Shown here: positions 1 through 9,998 of the stretch, in pieces
Position numbering within the stretch: position 1 is the stretch's first letter
How the letters are laid out: the number at the start of each line of letters is the position of its first letter
NCBI GenBank assembly: GCA_900768755.1
Contig: CAAGDV010000025.1
Coordinates: 39,355-103,354 of the forward strand
Direction: 5' to 3'
DNA from: Lachnospiraceae bacterium
GTDB taxonomy: Bacteria; Bacillota; Clostridia; Lachnospirales; Lachnospiraceae
DNA: 64,000 bases
Position numbers and translations under genes: made by a program
Notes under the pieces: generated by a model
Seen by the model: the letters and a program-made list of their open reading frames with translations, nothing else
What the model was told of the DNA's origin: nothing
Databases searched by the model: none

Positions 1-1
1 G

Positions 2-562
2 GAGAACCGCCCGGGTTCGCACAATGTGGGAACCATCAATTCCGAGACACATGCGGGCTGGCTGTCCACTACACTCGGAACTTACGGCTGGCATATTTTG
101 GTTGCGCTTCTGGTCATGGCACTCGTATTTATCTACATGAAATACAGCAAGCAGGGATACGAGATTGCCGTTGTCGGTGAGAGCGAGAATACCGCAAAAT
201 ACGCCGGCATCAATGTGAAAAAAGTTATTATCAGAACAATGGCAATCTCGGGCGCCATCGCTGCTTTGGCGGGCTTTTTGACGGTAAGCGGCGCCGACCA
301 TTCAATCAAAGCCGATTCGGCGGGAGGAAGAGGATTTACCGCGATTGTAGTGGCGTGGCTTGCGCACCTCAATCCTTTTGTGATGGTTCTGATTGCATTT
401 TTCCTGACATTTTTAAGCAAAGGTTCGTCGCAGATTGCAACGGATTTCAACCTGAACGACAGCCTGTCGGATGTAATTACGGGAATTATTCTTTTCTTTA
501 TTTTGGGATGTGAGTTTTTTATCAACTACAGGATTCAGACCAGGAAAGGAGAAAAGGAATGA
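2..562 (+). CDS. ABC transporter permease, C-terminal part (BMP/nucleoside-type; 5' end outside window)
   Basis: Open frame runs from the window edge. It is hydrophobic, multi-TM and overlaps the next permease gene by 4 nt (ATGA). Confidence 0.6.
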   Translation, partial: ENRPGSHNVGTINSETHAGWLSTTLGTYGWHILVALLVMALVFIYMKYSKQGYEIAVVGESENTAKYAGINVKKVIIRTMAISGAIAALAGFLTVSGADHSIKADSAGGRGFTAIVVAWLAHLNPFVMVLIAFFLTFLSKGSSQIATDFNLNDSLSDVITGIILFFILGCEFFINYRIQTRKGEKE

Positions 563-1539
563 ATTATATAGTACTTTTCATATCAAAAGCAATCAATCAG
601 GCATTGATAATGCTGTTCGGAGCTAACGGCGAGATTCTCACGGAGAAATCCGGCAACCTCAACCTCGGTGTTCCGGGAATCATGTATGTGGGCGGAATAA
701 GCGGCCTCATCGGAGCTTTTCTGTACGAGAAGAATGCAGCCGTGCCGGTTGCAGTGGTCGGACTGATTATCTCTCTGGTATGTTCGTTAATCGGTTCGGG
801 GCTTGCGGCGCTTCTGTACAGCTTCCTTACAATTACATTAAGAGCCAATCAGAACGTAACAGGTCTTGCACTCACGACCTTCGGAGTAGGTTTCGGTAAC
901 TTCTTCGGAGGCTCGCTTTCAAAGCTTGCGGGAGGCGTGGGTCAGATTTCCGTGCCGGTCACATCGGGGGCCTATCAGGCGGCAATCCCCGGACTTAAGG
1001 ATATTCCGGTGCTGGGAGAATTGTTTTTTGCTCGCGGATGGATGTTCTATGCGGCTTTGATTATCACTTTTGTTTTGTCATATTTTCTAAAAAGAACCAG
1101 GCAGGGACTTAACCTTCGCGCGGTCGGAGAGAACCCGGCTACAGCCGATGCTGCGGGAATAAATGTCGCAAGGTACAAATATATCTCGACCATAGTCGGA
1201 GGAATGATAAGCGGTCTGGGCGGATTGTATTTTGTAATGGATTTCTCAGGCGGAACCTGGACCAACAACGGTTTTGGTGAGAACGGATGGCTTGCCGTGG
1301 CGTTAGTTATTTTTGCGATGTGGAAGCCGCTCAACGCATTGTGGGCATCAGTGGTGTTCGGTGCATTATGTATTCTTTTCCTCTATATTTCGGGAATGGA
1401 TGCGCACCAGACGCAGCTCATCAAAATGCTGCCGTATCTGATTACAATAATTGTTCTTGTTGTCACCAGCCTTCGTAAGAAGCGCGAATACCAGCCGCCG
1501 GCGCATCTGGGCCTGCCATATTTCAGAGAAGAACGATAG
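559..1539 (+). CDS. ABC transporter permease (BMP-family, nucleoside/simple-sugar type, YufQ-like)
   Basis: 326 aa, polytopic, Gly-rich TM segments. It is translationally coupled to the upstream permease and immediately precedes xpt. Confidence 0.65.
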   Translation: MNYIVLFISKAINQALIMLFGANGEILTEKSGNLNLGVPGIMYVGGISGLIGAFLYEKNAAVPVAVVGLIISLVCSLIGSGLAALLYSFLTITLRANQNVTGLALTTFGVGFGNFFGGSLSKLAGGVGQISVPVTSGAYQAAIPGLKDIPVLGELFFARGWMFYAALIITFVLSYFLKRTRQGLNLRAVGENPATADAAGINVARYKYISTIVGGMISGLGGLYFVMDFSGGTWTNNGFGENGWLAVALVIFAMWKPLNALWASVVFGALCILFLYISGMDAHQTQLIKMLPYLITIIVLVVTSLRKKREYQPPAHLGLPYFREER

Positions 1540-1549
1540 GAGAAGCGGG

Positions 1550-2125
1550 ATGAAGATTCTTGAGGACAGAATTAGAAAAGATGGCGTTGTTAAGCCGGGC
1601 AATGTGCTGAAGGTTGACAGCTTTCTCAACCACCAGATGGATGTGGACCTTTTTGTTGAGATGGCGCGCGAGTGGAAAAGACTTTTTGCGGGAAAGACGA
1701 TTAACAAAATACTCACGATTGAGGCGTCCGGTATAGGCATCGCCTGCATTGCCGCCGTGGAATTCGGCGTTCCGGTGGTTTTTGCCAAAAAATCCCAGAG
1801 CATCAATCTGGACGGCGAGATGTATTCGACGAGCATCGAATCTTTTACGCACAAAAAATCCTATGAGGTTATCGTGAGCAAGAAATTCATGGGCCCGGAG
1901 GACCACATTCTTGTCATTGACGACTTCCTTGCCAACGGCTGCGCAATCAACGGTCTCATTGAACTCATCAATGCGTCGGGAGCTACGCTCGAGGGCGTCG
2001 GAATCGCTGTTGAGAAAGGCTTCCAGACGGGCGGACAGCTCATAAGGGAGAAAGGCATTCAGCTTGAGTCGCTGGCAATAGTGGAAAGCATGAACGCCGA
2101 CACAGGTGAGATAGTATTCAGGTAA
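1550..2125 (+). CDS. xpt: xanthine phosphoribosyltransferase
   Basis: Motifs [13 protein letters not shown] and VIDDFLANG (PRPP-binding). RBS ggagaagcggg lies before the ATG at 1550. The tracked ORF carries a spurious upstream extension. Confidence 0.9.
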   Translation: MKILEDRIRKDGVVKPGNVLKVDSFLNHQMDVDLFVEMAREWKRLFAGKTINKILTIEASGIGIACIAAVEFGVPVVFAKKSQSINLDGEMYSTSIESFTHKKSYEVIVSKKFMGPEDHILVIDDFLANGCAINGLIELINASGATLEGVGIAVEKGFQTGGQLIREKGIQLESLAIVESMNADTGEIVFR

Positions 2126-2148
2126 TATTGTCAGACAGAGAGAAAAAT

Positions 2149-2186
2149 AAGCAATACCGGAGTGGGAGGTATTGCTTATTTTTTAA
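2149..2186 (+). terminator. rho-independent terminator after xpt
   Basis: Perfect 10-bp stem aagcaatacc/ggtattgctt followed by attttttaag. Confidence 0.8.
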
Positions 2187-2475
2187 GTTTCTGCCATTCA
2201 GTAATGAAATTACTACAATTCCACTACACGGTGAAACGGAATATCGTCAGCAAGAAGAATCTCAGAAATCCTGCTTTCCAGTGTTTTGCATGAGACATAA
2301 CAATTAAGGGGATGCAGATAATTAAACTACCAAAAAGTAACGAAAAGAAACACCGAAAAACAACGGAAAATCTTTTCTGAATATGATATTATCAAGTGTG
2401 TCTGCTACAGATATTTTGTTAGATAACATTTTTTGTACAACATTTATTGACAGAAAATAGCGCGGAGGCGGAAGT

Positions 2476-3255
2476 GTGAGAAAAAGATTCATTATTTCCC
2501 TTGTGATTATGGCAGTCATGATGATAGTGGGAGTTATCACTTTTGGCAGTCTGAAATCAAAGACTTTTGATGTGACCATTACGTCCCACGACTCACTGAC
2601 TGAGTTTACAATTGAGAAAATGGCAGGAACCAAGCCGAAAGACTGGTCGCATGCATACGGATATGTTGGATTTGAGCTTGAGAGTGATTTTAATACGTTT
2701 GACAAGGCTCTTCATTCAGATTATTTTGCGTTCACAATCGATGATGGCGTAAATATCGGCAAAAAATACGGCGATACAATGGTTTTCCTTAAGGACGGGC
2801 ATTATTTTGCTATGCTCATTGACGAGGACATGATTAATGCAAGATTGGTTGAACTCATCAGTGTCATTGTTGCCAATGATGCGGTATTTGGACAGAGATG
2901 GTTCTATTTTACTTTTCCGTTTGTGTACCATAGAAGTTTTAACCAGTATATGCTTTTTGAAGAGGGAGAGACAGAACTGAATGTTCCATGGTGTGATACT
3001 TTGGGAATGCATTCTTTTGATGATGTGAAGACATTTTATACATACACCGGTGCTGATTATTTCATGATTGATGAAGAAGAACAGGCAGTTCTTCTGAAGT
3101 TCTATGAATGGGGGGAATGGACAGACCGGTATATGATGAGGGTTCAGGCTACAGAAGAGGGGCTTACGGTTACGCCCACACAGGATTTTCTTGATTACCT
3201 TGCGGATGCGGATCGTGAATCATCCTGGTTTCATAATGATGAGCCGATGTGGTAG
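2476..3255 (+). CDS. hypothetical membrane-anchored protein (single N-terminal TM, large extracytoplasmic domain)
   Basis: GTG start with RBS gcggaggcgg. One N-terminal TM helix, then a Trp/Tyr/Phe-rich domain with no motif I recognise. It is first in an operon with an ABC ATPase and permease. Confidence 0.5.
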   Translation: MRKRFIISLVIMAVMMIVGVITFGSLKSKTFDVTITSHDSLTEFTIEKMAGTKPKDWSHAYGYVGFELESDFNTFDKALHSDYFAFTIDDGVNIGKKYGDTMVFLKDGHYFAMLIDEDMINARLVELISVIVANDAVFGQRWFYFTFPFVYHRSFNQYMLFEEGETELNVPWCDTLGMHSFDDVKTFYTYTGADYFMIDEEEQAVLLKFYEWGEWTDRYMMRVQATEEGLTVTPTQDFLDYLADADRESSWFHNDEPMW

Positions 3256-3265
3256 GAGGACGCAT

Positions 3266-4120
3266 ATGAAGTGTGAAGGTTTATTTTTCAATTATGGCAG
3301 CAAAGAGATACTGAATGGTATTGGATTTTCGGTACAGCCCGGAGAGATAATTGCCATTGTGGGAGACAATGGCTGTGGCAAAACAACATTGTTAAAAGCA
3401 CTCGGGCAGTTCATCAGGATTAAGTCCGGCATGATAGATTACGAAAATGAGGATAGAGACACTTTTGACTATGCGGGGATTCTGGAGACACCTCATTTCT
3501 GGCCGCAACTGTCCGGTCGTGAGAATCTGCAGTATTACCTGAGGGATAAATACAATGATGAGCGGGCGTTCAAACTTATCAAGCGGTTTGATATGGGCAC
3601 GGCTGCCGGAATGAAGGTGAAGCATTATTCTTTGGGAATGCAGCAGAAATTAGCAGTTATACTTTCAATAATGACGGACTCATCAATACTGCTGTATGAT
3701 GAGCCGACTAATTCCCTTGACCAGGACAGCGTCGAGGTGTTTTTTGAGCTGATAAAAGAAGCGGCGGCGTGCGGAAGAACTGTCATAATGGTCACTCATG
3801 TTCTGTCTGAACTTGAAAAATACTGTGACAGGATTCTGCTGTTCAAAAATCAACAGCTTGTACGTCTGGAGGACGAACTGGCACATGAGAATAGGGTGTT
3901 ATATGAGATTTCATTTGATTCTGATACGGATGTAACGGAGGCTTCGGGGCTTCTGGATGAAAAACAGATTGAAAAGGTATTGGAACACGGAATTCTTATT
4001 CGCCTTGACGGAGAATCTATAAGCGATATTGTACGGAAACTGTGCAGCTACAACATAGTCGGAGTATCGCAGAAGAAAAAAACACTCAAAACACTTTACA
4101 AGGAGGAAATGCAGAGATGA
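3266..4120 (+). CDS. ABC transporter ATP-binding protein
   Basis: Walker A GDNGCGKTT, signature SLGMQQK, Walker B LLYDEPTNSLD. RBS ggagga precedes the ATG at 3266. Confidence 0.85.
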   Translation: MKCEGLFFNYGSKEILNGIGFSVQPGEIIAIVGDNGCGKTTLLKALGQFIRIKSGMIDYENEDRDTFDYAGILETPHFWPQLSGRENLQYYLRDKYNDERAFKLIKRFDMGTAAGMKVKHYSLGMQQKLAVILSIMTDSSILLYDEPTNSLDQDSVEVFFELIKEAAACGRTVIMVTHVLSELEKYCDRILLFKNQQLVRLEDELAHENRVLYEISFDSDTDVTEASGLLDEKQIEKVLEHGILIRLDGESISDIVRKLCSYNIVGVSQKKKTLKTLYKEEMQR

Positions 4121-5076
4121 AATACATTGTATTCCGGGTTTATAAGAGCATATTTCCGCTTGCTATTTTTGCTGTAATGATTGTAATAACGGTTTCATAT
4201 TCAATTAAGCTCTACCGCGAAGGATATATTCCGAATCAGAGATGGAGCAGATATTCCATAGAGAATTATGACGGCCCTTATTCGGTCCCGTTAGACGAAC
4301 AGATTCGTAATATGGAGAAACAATATGCTGACAGCGCTGACAGCGATACGCTGCAAAGTCTGAATGCCATGAAATTCTTAAAGTCCCGGAATATTCCATA
4401 TTCCCAGGTGGCGGAGGGTGGATTCTTTGTCGGGGATTCGAAAACAAAACCGTATTTTGATTATAAGATGTCGCAGAGAGTCTACCTGTTCAATGTGGTT
4501 GCTGTTGTTCTGATTATTGGTATGGTCTGCATTAACGGCAGGGCGAACGGAGCGTTTGCTTTTGATATGCTAATATGGGGAAGAAAAAGGATATACAGAA
4601 ATGAATTGACTTGCTGCTTTGTGATGATTACGGGATTATGCGTGCTTGAAATGCTGCTAATCTGGGCGTGTAGGAGCAGCTTTGATAATTATACCAAATA
4701 TTATCTGTATTATCGCAACGGGAAATTCTTCCTGATGAGCACTACTGCCGAGTCACTGCTGACTTATTTCTCATACTATCTGAAGCTGTTAGCGATGTCA
4801 GCTGTATATTATTCAATCGCCCGACTGATAGTGTATTCATTACCATATTACGCGCTTTCCGGTGCGGCGGCATATCTGCTTGTGTTTATGCACCTGAATA
4901 AGTATGATACCACTTTGCAGTTTGTACATAATGAGAATATCGGAACTTTTTATAAGCTATGGGATAGATATATTCAGTTCTGGGCGCTTAAGATTGGAAT
5001 TGCAATTGCCGTTGCTGCGTTGATGACTGTGACATATAAAATATACATAAAGAGAAATATGAGAACGGAATATTAG
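4117..5076 (+). CDS. ABC-2-type transporter permease-like membrane protein
   Basis: Its ATG overlaps the ATPase stop. About 6 predicted TM segments, aromatic-rich. Confidence 0.55.
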   Translation: MKYIVFRVYKSIFPLAIFAVMIVITVSYSIKLYREGYIPNQRWSRYSIENYDGPYSVPLDEQIRNMEKQYADSADSDTLQSLNAMKFLKSRNIPYSQVAEGGFFVGDSKTKPYFDYKMSQRVYLFNVVAVVLIIGMVCINGRANGAFAFDMLIWGRKRIYRNELTCCFVMITGLCVLEMLLIWACRSSFDNYTKYYLYYRNGKFFLMSTTAESLLTYFSYYLKLLAMSAVYYSIARLIVYSLPYYALSGAAAYLLVFMHLNKYDTTLQFVHNENIGTFYKLWDRYIQFWALKIGIAIAVAALMTVTYKIYIKRNMRTEY

Positions 5077-5282
5077 TGCGCGTGACAGAGATTTTCAAGT
5101 GCGGCGTATTCATTCCCGCCATAGGTTGTCGGTACAGAGAGTGTGTGTGAAGATTGTTGGTATATATTCTTATGCATAAGGATGATATGTAGCTAAGACA
5201 CTCCGAAATAGCTTGTTAAAAAAGTTCTAGAACAGTTGAGTTTGAATTATTGGATATGATACAACGAAAATAAGGAGGGCCA

Positions 5283-5726
5283 ATGAAAATGATGAAAGAT
5301 AAGAAAAAAATACTTACCATAGGGGTTATTATCATAGCTATCGCAGCGGTTGTTGCGCTTGTGCTGTACCTTAGACCTGTCCATGTGATTAAACATGTTG
5401 AACTGGTTAGTGAGGATAATGAAACAATTTCCATGGATTTGGATGTTACGTGGCACAAGAGTATCCTTAACAGGAAAACCTTGGATGGCGAGATATTATA
5501 TAATCAGACAAAATATCGAGATGGATTTAAGACCGATGACCAAGTTGATTTTTTTGAAAAATTGAATGGTACTGAGAAAATGTACATCTTCTCGGCGGAA
5601 GGGAATACCATAGGTGCTATTCTTGACAATTCAATTATGATAATCAGTGCAAATAATGATTTTTCTCAATTATCAGTCATAATCAATTACAAGGGCGAGA
5701 GTAAGTTTTATACTACCAAAAAGTAA
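5283..5726 (+). CDS. hypothetical membrane-anchored protein
   Basis: RBS aaggaggg. N-terminal K-rich segment plus a TM helix. Lies in an AT-rich region. Confidence 0.45.
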   Translation: MKMMKDKKKILTIGVIIIAIAAVVALVLYLRPVHVIKHVELVSEDNETISMDLDVTWHKSILNRKTLDGEILYNQTKYRDGFKTDDQVDFFEKLNGTEKMYIFSAEGNTIGAILDNSIMIISANNDFSQLSVIINYKGESKFYTTKK

Positions 5727-5936
5727 TGATGATTTGACCTCGTGACCTCGGATTTATCAAACATAATCATGCATTGGTGCGTAGGACAGTTTTTCAGGCT
5801 GCTGTGTATAATAACATTTCACAGCGGCCTTTTTCGCCCATTTTGCACATCCAACATAGTATGTCATTCAGGACTCGTTAATGTAGGACAAAATTGTGTG
5901 AATGAGATACAAGAAAAAATTCTGAATGATATAACT

Positions 5937-5965
5937 TTACAAATGATGAAAGGGGGGGGTATAAT
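5937..5965 (+). promoter_or_regulatory. sigma-A-like promoter with G8 homopolymer in the spacer (candidate phase-variable promoter)
   Basis: -35 TTACAA (5937-5942), 17-nt spacer atgatgaaa+GGGGGGGG, -10 TATAAT (5960-5965). Lies about 110 nt upstream of the lipoprotein ATG at 6077. Confidence 0.5.
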
Positions 5966-6076
5966 GTTTTGGCAGGAAGATATTGATGATTTGTGTATTC
6001 ATTTTTGTTATTAGCATATTGGCAACTATTCAGTCACATGACAAATCAAATTTGAAAGCGAAGTGGGGGAATTAAT

Positions 6077-6829
6077 ATGAGAAAAGTAATATTGTTTATG
6101 CTAATTATGGCAATGGGAACTACGCTCTGTGCATGTTCCGGCAAAGTGACCGGCTCTTCGGATTCGGAAAAAGACAGAAGTACAGAACAGAATGCAGCTT
6201 CAGATGAAAGCACGCCGGAATGGACATTGCCGGAAGACTATCGTGAATGGATGGATGAGATTCCGTCCGATGCAGAGTTAGGAGATAAGTCGTACAGTCT
6301 TGTCACTAGTGAGACCGAAAGAATATTATATCGTGATTATGACAGTCTGTACGAGGCCTCGGAGCTGATAGTTATCGGTGAGTTTATAGATGATGCAAGT
6401 CAGGAAATCAAGACCAGATATGATGATTCGCAGAAATGTGATGTCATATATGACGGAACGGCTACCAATACCTTTAGAGTTGATAAGGTTATAAAAGGCA
6501 ATGTTGAATTGGGAAGCGAGATAAGAATATCACAACGATATGTAGTTGATGAAGAGAATAAGAAAATAATATCATTCAGCAGCATGACACCCATGGAAAA
6601 AGGGACAAAATGGATTTACTGCCTCATGCCCTACAGCGAGCCAAGTAAATCATATTGGACGGCGGGGGATTACACCGGCAGATATCCCTATAGAGACATT
6701 AACTATGATGATTACATTGACGGAAAATATTCTGCAAGAGACTTGGGCGTATTGCAGCGCGGATTGTTCTACGGAACTTACGATATATATAAAACATTGG
6801 TAGAGAAAAATAATATAGTTTTTGAATAA
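6077..6829 (+). CDS. putative lipoprotein, unknown function
   Basis: Signal peptide MRKVILFMLIMAMGTTLCAC with a lipobox-like LCAC, then an acidic Ser/Asp-rich linker. RBS gaagtggggg. Confidence 0.55.
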   Translation: MRKVILFMLIMAMGTTLCACSGKVTGSSDSEKDRSTEQNAASDESTPEWTLPEDYREWMDEIPSDAELGDKSYSLVTSETERILYRDYDSLYEASELIVIGEFIDDASQEIKTRYDDSQKCDVIYDGTATNTFRVDKVIKGNVELGSEIRISQRYVVDEENKKIISFSSMTPMEKGTKWIYCLMPYSEPSKSYWTAGDYTGRYPYRDINYDDYIDGKYSARDLGVLQRGLFYGTYDIYKTLVEKNNIVFE

Positions 6830-6862
6830 TGACAGCCTGAACGAATAGTAGTTATACACAAT

Positions 6863-6894
6863 AAGGAACCTGCGTGATTTCACGCAGGTTCCTT
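6863..6894. terminator. strong hairpin between convergent genes (terminator-like, weak U-tract)
   Basis: Perfect 14-bp stem aaggaacctgcgtg/cacgcaggttcctt with loop attt. Confidence 0.55.
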
Positions 6895-6917
6895 GTATAA
6901 ATGCCATAATACAATCC

Positions 6918-9095
6918 CTATACGAGCATTGTGAGCTGAATTTTCTTTTTGGCGATATCAACGTTAAGAACCTTAACAGTTACGATATCACCCACGCTTA
7001 CGACTTCCATGGGATGCTTGATATATTTGTGCGACATCTGCGAGATGTGCACAAGACCGTCCTGATGAACGCCGATATCTACGAAAGCGCCAAAATCAAT
7101 GACATTCCGCACGGTTCCTTTAAGTTCCATTCCGGGAGTCAGATCTTTCATCTCCAAAACATCGCTTCGAAGGACCGGTTTGGGCATCTCCTCACGAGGG
7201 TCGCGTCCGGGCTTCTCAAGCTCCTTGACAATGTCTTTGAGGGTGAGCTCACCGATTGAGAGTTCTTTTGAGAGCTTCGAATAATCCTTCACGATAAGGG
7301 ACAGACCGTTAAGTCTTCCTGCGGTGATGTCCTCAGCGGTAAAACCTGTTTTGGACAGAAGTGCTTCTGCCGCCGCGTAGCTCTCGGGATGGACGCTGGT
7401 GGAATCCAAAGGGTTGTCGCCGCCGTTAATCCTCATAAAACCGGCGCATTGTTCATACGCCTTGGGACCAAGCTTTGGAACAGAAAGAAGCTCTTCTCTG
7501 GTGTGAAAACGGCCGTTAGCTTCCCTGTAGGCAACAATGTTTTTGGCAAGCTGCTTGGTAATACCGGAGATGTGTTCCAGAAGCGGCGCAGAAGCGGTGT
7601 TAAGGTCCACTCCGACACGGTTAACAGAATCCTCAACCACGCCGTTTAAGGCGTCGGAGAGTTTTTTCTGGTTCATGTCATGCTGGTACTGTCCGACGCC
7701 GATTGCCTTCGGGTCGATTTTGACAAGCTCGGCGAGGGGGTCCAAAAGTCTTCTTGCAATTGAGGCGGCACTTCTCTGGCCAACATCAAAATTCGGAAAT
7801 TCCTCGGTTGCGAGGGCGCTTGCGGAGTACACCGAAGCTCCGGCTTCATTGACGATAACATACTGAACGTCCTCGGGAATCTCTTTTATCAGCTCGGCAA
7901 TTATTGCCTCGGATTCCCTGGAGGCGGTTCCGTTGCCGCAGGAAATCAGTGAAATATTGTATTTTTTGATGAGTTTCTTGAGTATTGCTTTGGATTCCTC
8001 AACTTTGTTCTGCGGAGCGGTCGGGTATATCACAACTGTGTCGAGAACTTTGCCTGTGGCGTCAACCACCGCAAGCTTGCATCCGGTCCTGAAGGCAGGG
8101 TCCCATCCGAGAACCACATGGCCCGCAATCGGAGGCTGCATGAGGAGCTGCTCAAGATTTTTGCCAAAAACAGCGATGGCGCCGTCCTCGGCTTCCTCGG
8201 TAAGGGAATTGCGGAGTTCGCGCTCAATCGACGGCGCGATAAGGCGCTGGTAGCTGTCTGCAATTGCCTGCGAAAGGTATGTAGAAGAGTCTGAAGCTCT
8301 TAAAATAATCTGTTTCTCAAGGTAAGCGATAATCCTGTCCACGGGAGCCTCAATCCTGACTGTGAGAATCTTTTCTTTCTCGCCGCGGTTAAGTGCCAAA
8401 GTGCGGTATCCGGTCATTTTGTTCAGAGGACTCTGGAAGTTGTAGTACATCTCATATACCGACTGAACCTCTTCGTCTTTGGCGCGGGAGGTAATGAGCC
8501 CCTCCTTGAAGGTAATCTCGCGGATTCGCTGGCGGTATGATGCCTCATCGGAAATCTCCTCGGCAATTATGTCGAGGGCGCCGGCAATCGCTTCATCTGC
8601 ATTATTTACTTCTTTCTCTGCGTTAATGTACGCCTCTGCTTCTGCTACGATAACCGTTCCGGGATTCTGAAGCCTGATTATTGCAGCGAGGCCTTCAAGT
8701 CCTTTTTCCCTGGCGATGGTGGCGCGGGTGCGCTTTTTCTGTTTGTACGGGCGGTACAAATCCTCAACCTCAACCATTGTGCGGGCATCCGTGATGGCTT
8801 TCAAAAGCTCGTCCGTGAGCTTGCCCTGTTCTTTTATTGACTCGATGACCGTATCTTTTCTGTCAGAGAGATTGCGAAGGTAAGCGAGCCTCTCGTCGAG
8901 TTTACGGAGCTGCTCATCGTTGAGCGCACCGGTAGCCTCCTTGCGGTAACGTGAGATAAAAGGAATTGTACATCCCTCATCTATTAGGTTAACGGCGGCC
9001 TCAACCTGCCATTTCTTTACCTGTAATTCTTCCGTAATCTGTGAAATAATGTCCAAAATTGTGTCCTTCCTGAATAAAAAATTAATATTGTGCAA
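6918..9095 (-). CDS. tex: Tex-like RNA-binding transcription accessory protein
   Basis: 725 aa with YqgF/RNase H-like and HhH regions and a C-terminal S1 domain (GTVRNVIDFGAFVDIG). Overlaps mecA by 14 nt. Confidence 0.9.
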   Translation of the reverse strand: MHNINFLFRKDTILDIISQITEELQVKKWQVEAAVNLIDEGCTIPFISRYRKEATGALNDEQLRKLDERLAYLRNLSDRKDTVIESIKEQGKLTDELLKAITDARTMVEVEDLYRPYKQKKRTRATIAREKGLEGLAAIIRLQNPGTVIVAEAEAYINAEKEVNNADEAIAGALDIIAEEISDEASYRQRIREITFKEGLITSRAKDEEVQSVYEMYYNFQSPLNKMTGYRTLALNRGEKEKILTVRIEAPVDRIIAYLEKQIILRASDSSTYLSQAIADSYQRLIAPSIERELRNSLTEEAEDGAIAVFGKNLEQLLMQPPIAGHVVLGWDPAFRTGCKLAVVDATGKVLDTVVIYPTAPQNKVEESKAILKKLIKKYNISLISCGNGTASRESEAIIAELIKEIPEDVQYVIVNEAGASVYSASALATEEFPNFDVGQRSAASIARRLLDPLAELVKIDPKAIGVGQYQHDMNQKKLSDALNGVVEDSVNRVGVDLNTASAPLLEHISGITKQLAKNIVAYREANGRFHTREELLSVPKLGPKAYEQCAGFMRINGGDNPLDSTSVHPESYAAAEALLSKTGFTAEDITAGRLNGLSLIVKDYSKLSKELSIGELTLKDIVKELEKPGRDPREEMPKPVLRSDVLEMKDLTPGMELKGTVRNVIDFGAFVDIGVHQDGLVHISQMSHKYIKHPMEVVSVGDIVTVKVLNVDIAKKKIQLTMLV

Positions 9096-9762
9096 GAATT
9101 GTTAGTGCACTATCCTTTATGATTGTGTCGCAATGCTCGTTGAGGTATGCAAAAGTCGAGGAATTAGACTTCTCCTTCTGACCGTATTCGGACAAAAGAT
9201 TACATAACCGCACGAATTCGGTGTCATCCTCGTTATCGGTGACGACATTCAAAAGATAGAGCCCGTCTTTTTTACGCTTGTAGAGAACGCTCTTAAAGCG
9301 GGCAGGAGCCGTGCACGCTGATGCTGCCGAAGATGCCTCCTCCCATTTGCGGAAGGAGAAAACCACGCCAATCGGATGCGCGGAATCCAAAGCGCCCTCA
9401 TCCTTACGGTTCTTAATGTTCTCAAGCGTCTCGGACATGGGAATAAAACCGTCGTCGGGCTCATCCTCGCCGTCAGGCGGTTCGAAGCCTGAAAACTTCG
9501 AATCGATGTCTTCCGGGTTCTCGACTTTGGTAATAATCAGAATTATGCAGTCCGCCGATACCGGAATAGCCTCTATCATAAGCGGATAGTTGTCCGCCTC
9601 AAAACCAAACGACGCTTTTGCCTGCTCTATCATGTCGCGAAAAAGGAGTTTCGCTTTTTCAGAGCCGCATGCGAGTTCACTTAATTTTATTTCATGCGAT
9701 ATCAGATCCTCGCGGTTAAGCGTACAGCGAATCTGGGTGTCGCTTATCTTTTCTATTTTCAT
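9082..9762 (-). CDS. mecA: adaptor protein MecA
   Basis: N-terminus MKIEKISDTQIRCTLNREDL..EIKLSEL, acidic linker, C-terminal ClpC-binding domain. Confidence 0.75.
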   Translation of the reverse strand: MKIEKISDTQIRCTLNREDLISHEIKLSELACGSEKAKLLFRDMIEQAKASFGFEADNYPLMIEAIPVSADCIILIITKVENPEDIDSKFSGFEPPDGEDEPDDGFIPMSETLENIKNRKDEGALDSAHPIGVVFSFRKWEEASSAASACTAPARFKSVLYKRKKDGLYLLNVVTDNEDDTEFVRLCNLLSEYGQKEKSNSSTFAYLNEHCDTIIKDSALTILAQY

Positions 9763-9921
9763 CCTTATTCACATCCGTTCTCATACATTTTTTCATTAGT
9801 ATTATTAGTATAACGCAAGTCTTTTAGTAATGCAAATATTGTCTTTTGATATTGAAAAAATACTTGGAAAATAATAAAATGATTAACTTTCTAAAATAAT
9901 AATAAACAATCGGCAAAAGAC

Positions 9922-9950
9922 TTGAAATTCATAATTTTTTACTTTATCAT
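9922..9950 (+). promoter_or_regulatory. sigma-A promoter of the kinase operon
   Basis: -35 TTGAAA, 17-nt spacer, -10 TATCAT. The predicted TSS (about 9957) falls just after the in-frame TAG at 9954-9956. Confidence 0.55.
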
Positions 9951-9998
9951 ACATAGCACGGGGTATGTTTCCGGTTCGGACAACCGGGAGATGATAGC

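Noticed and set aside
2326-2340. 14-nt exact repeat ctaccaaaaagtaa shared with 5712-5725
   Set aside because: A 14-mer recurring once in 64 kb is within chance expectation. One copy is coding and the other intergenic.
3191-3265. ATG-extended N-termini of ORFs 3191, 4042, 24317, 25152, 33152, 40033, 43080 and 46314
   Set aside because: Each has an internal start with a clear Shine-Dalgarno and a conserved protein N-terminus (Walker A region, MKYIVF TM, MLTRII, MINISILGSTGS, and so on). The extensions overlap upstream genes or terminators.
5742-6014. 90-aa ORF between two genes
   Set aside because: Cys/Phe-rich, no RBS, and it contains the G8 promoter of the downstream lipoprotein gene. More likely a non-coding leader.
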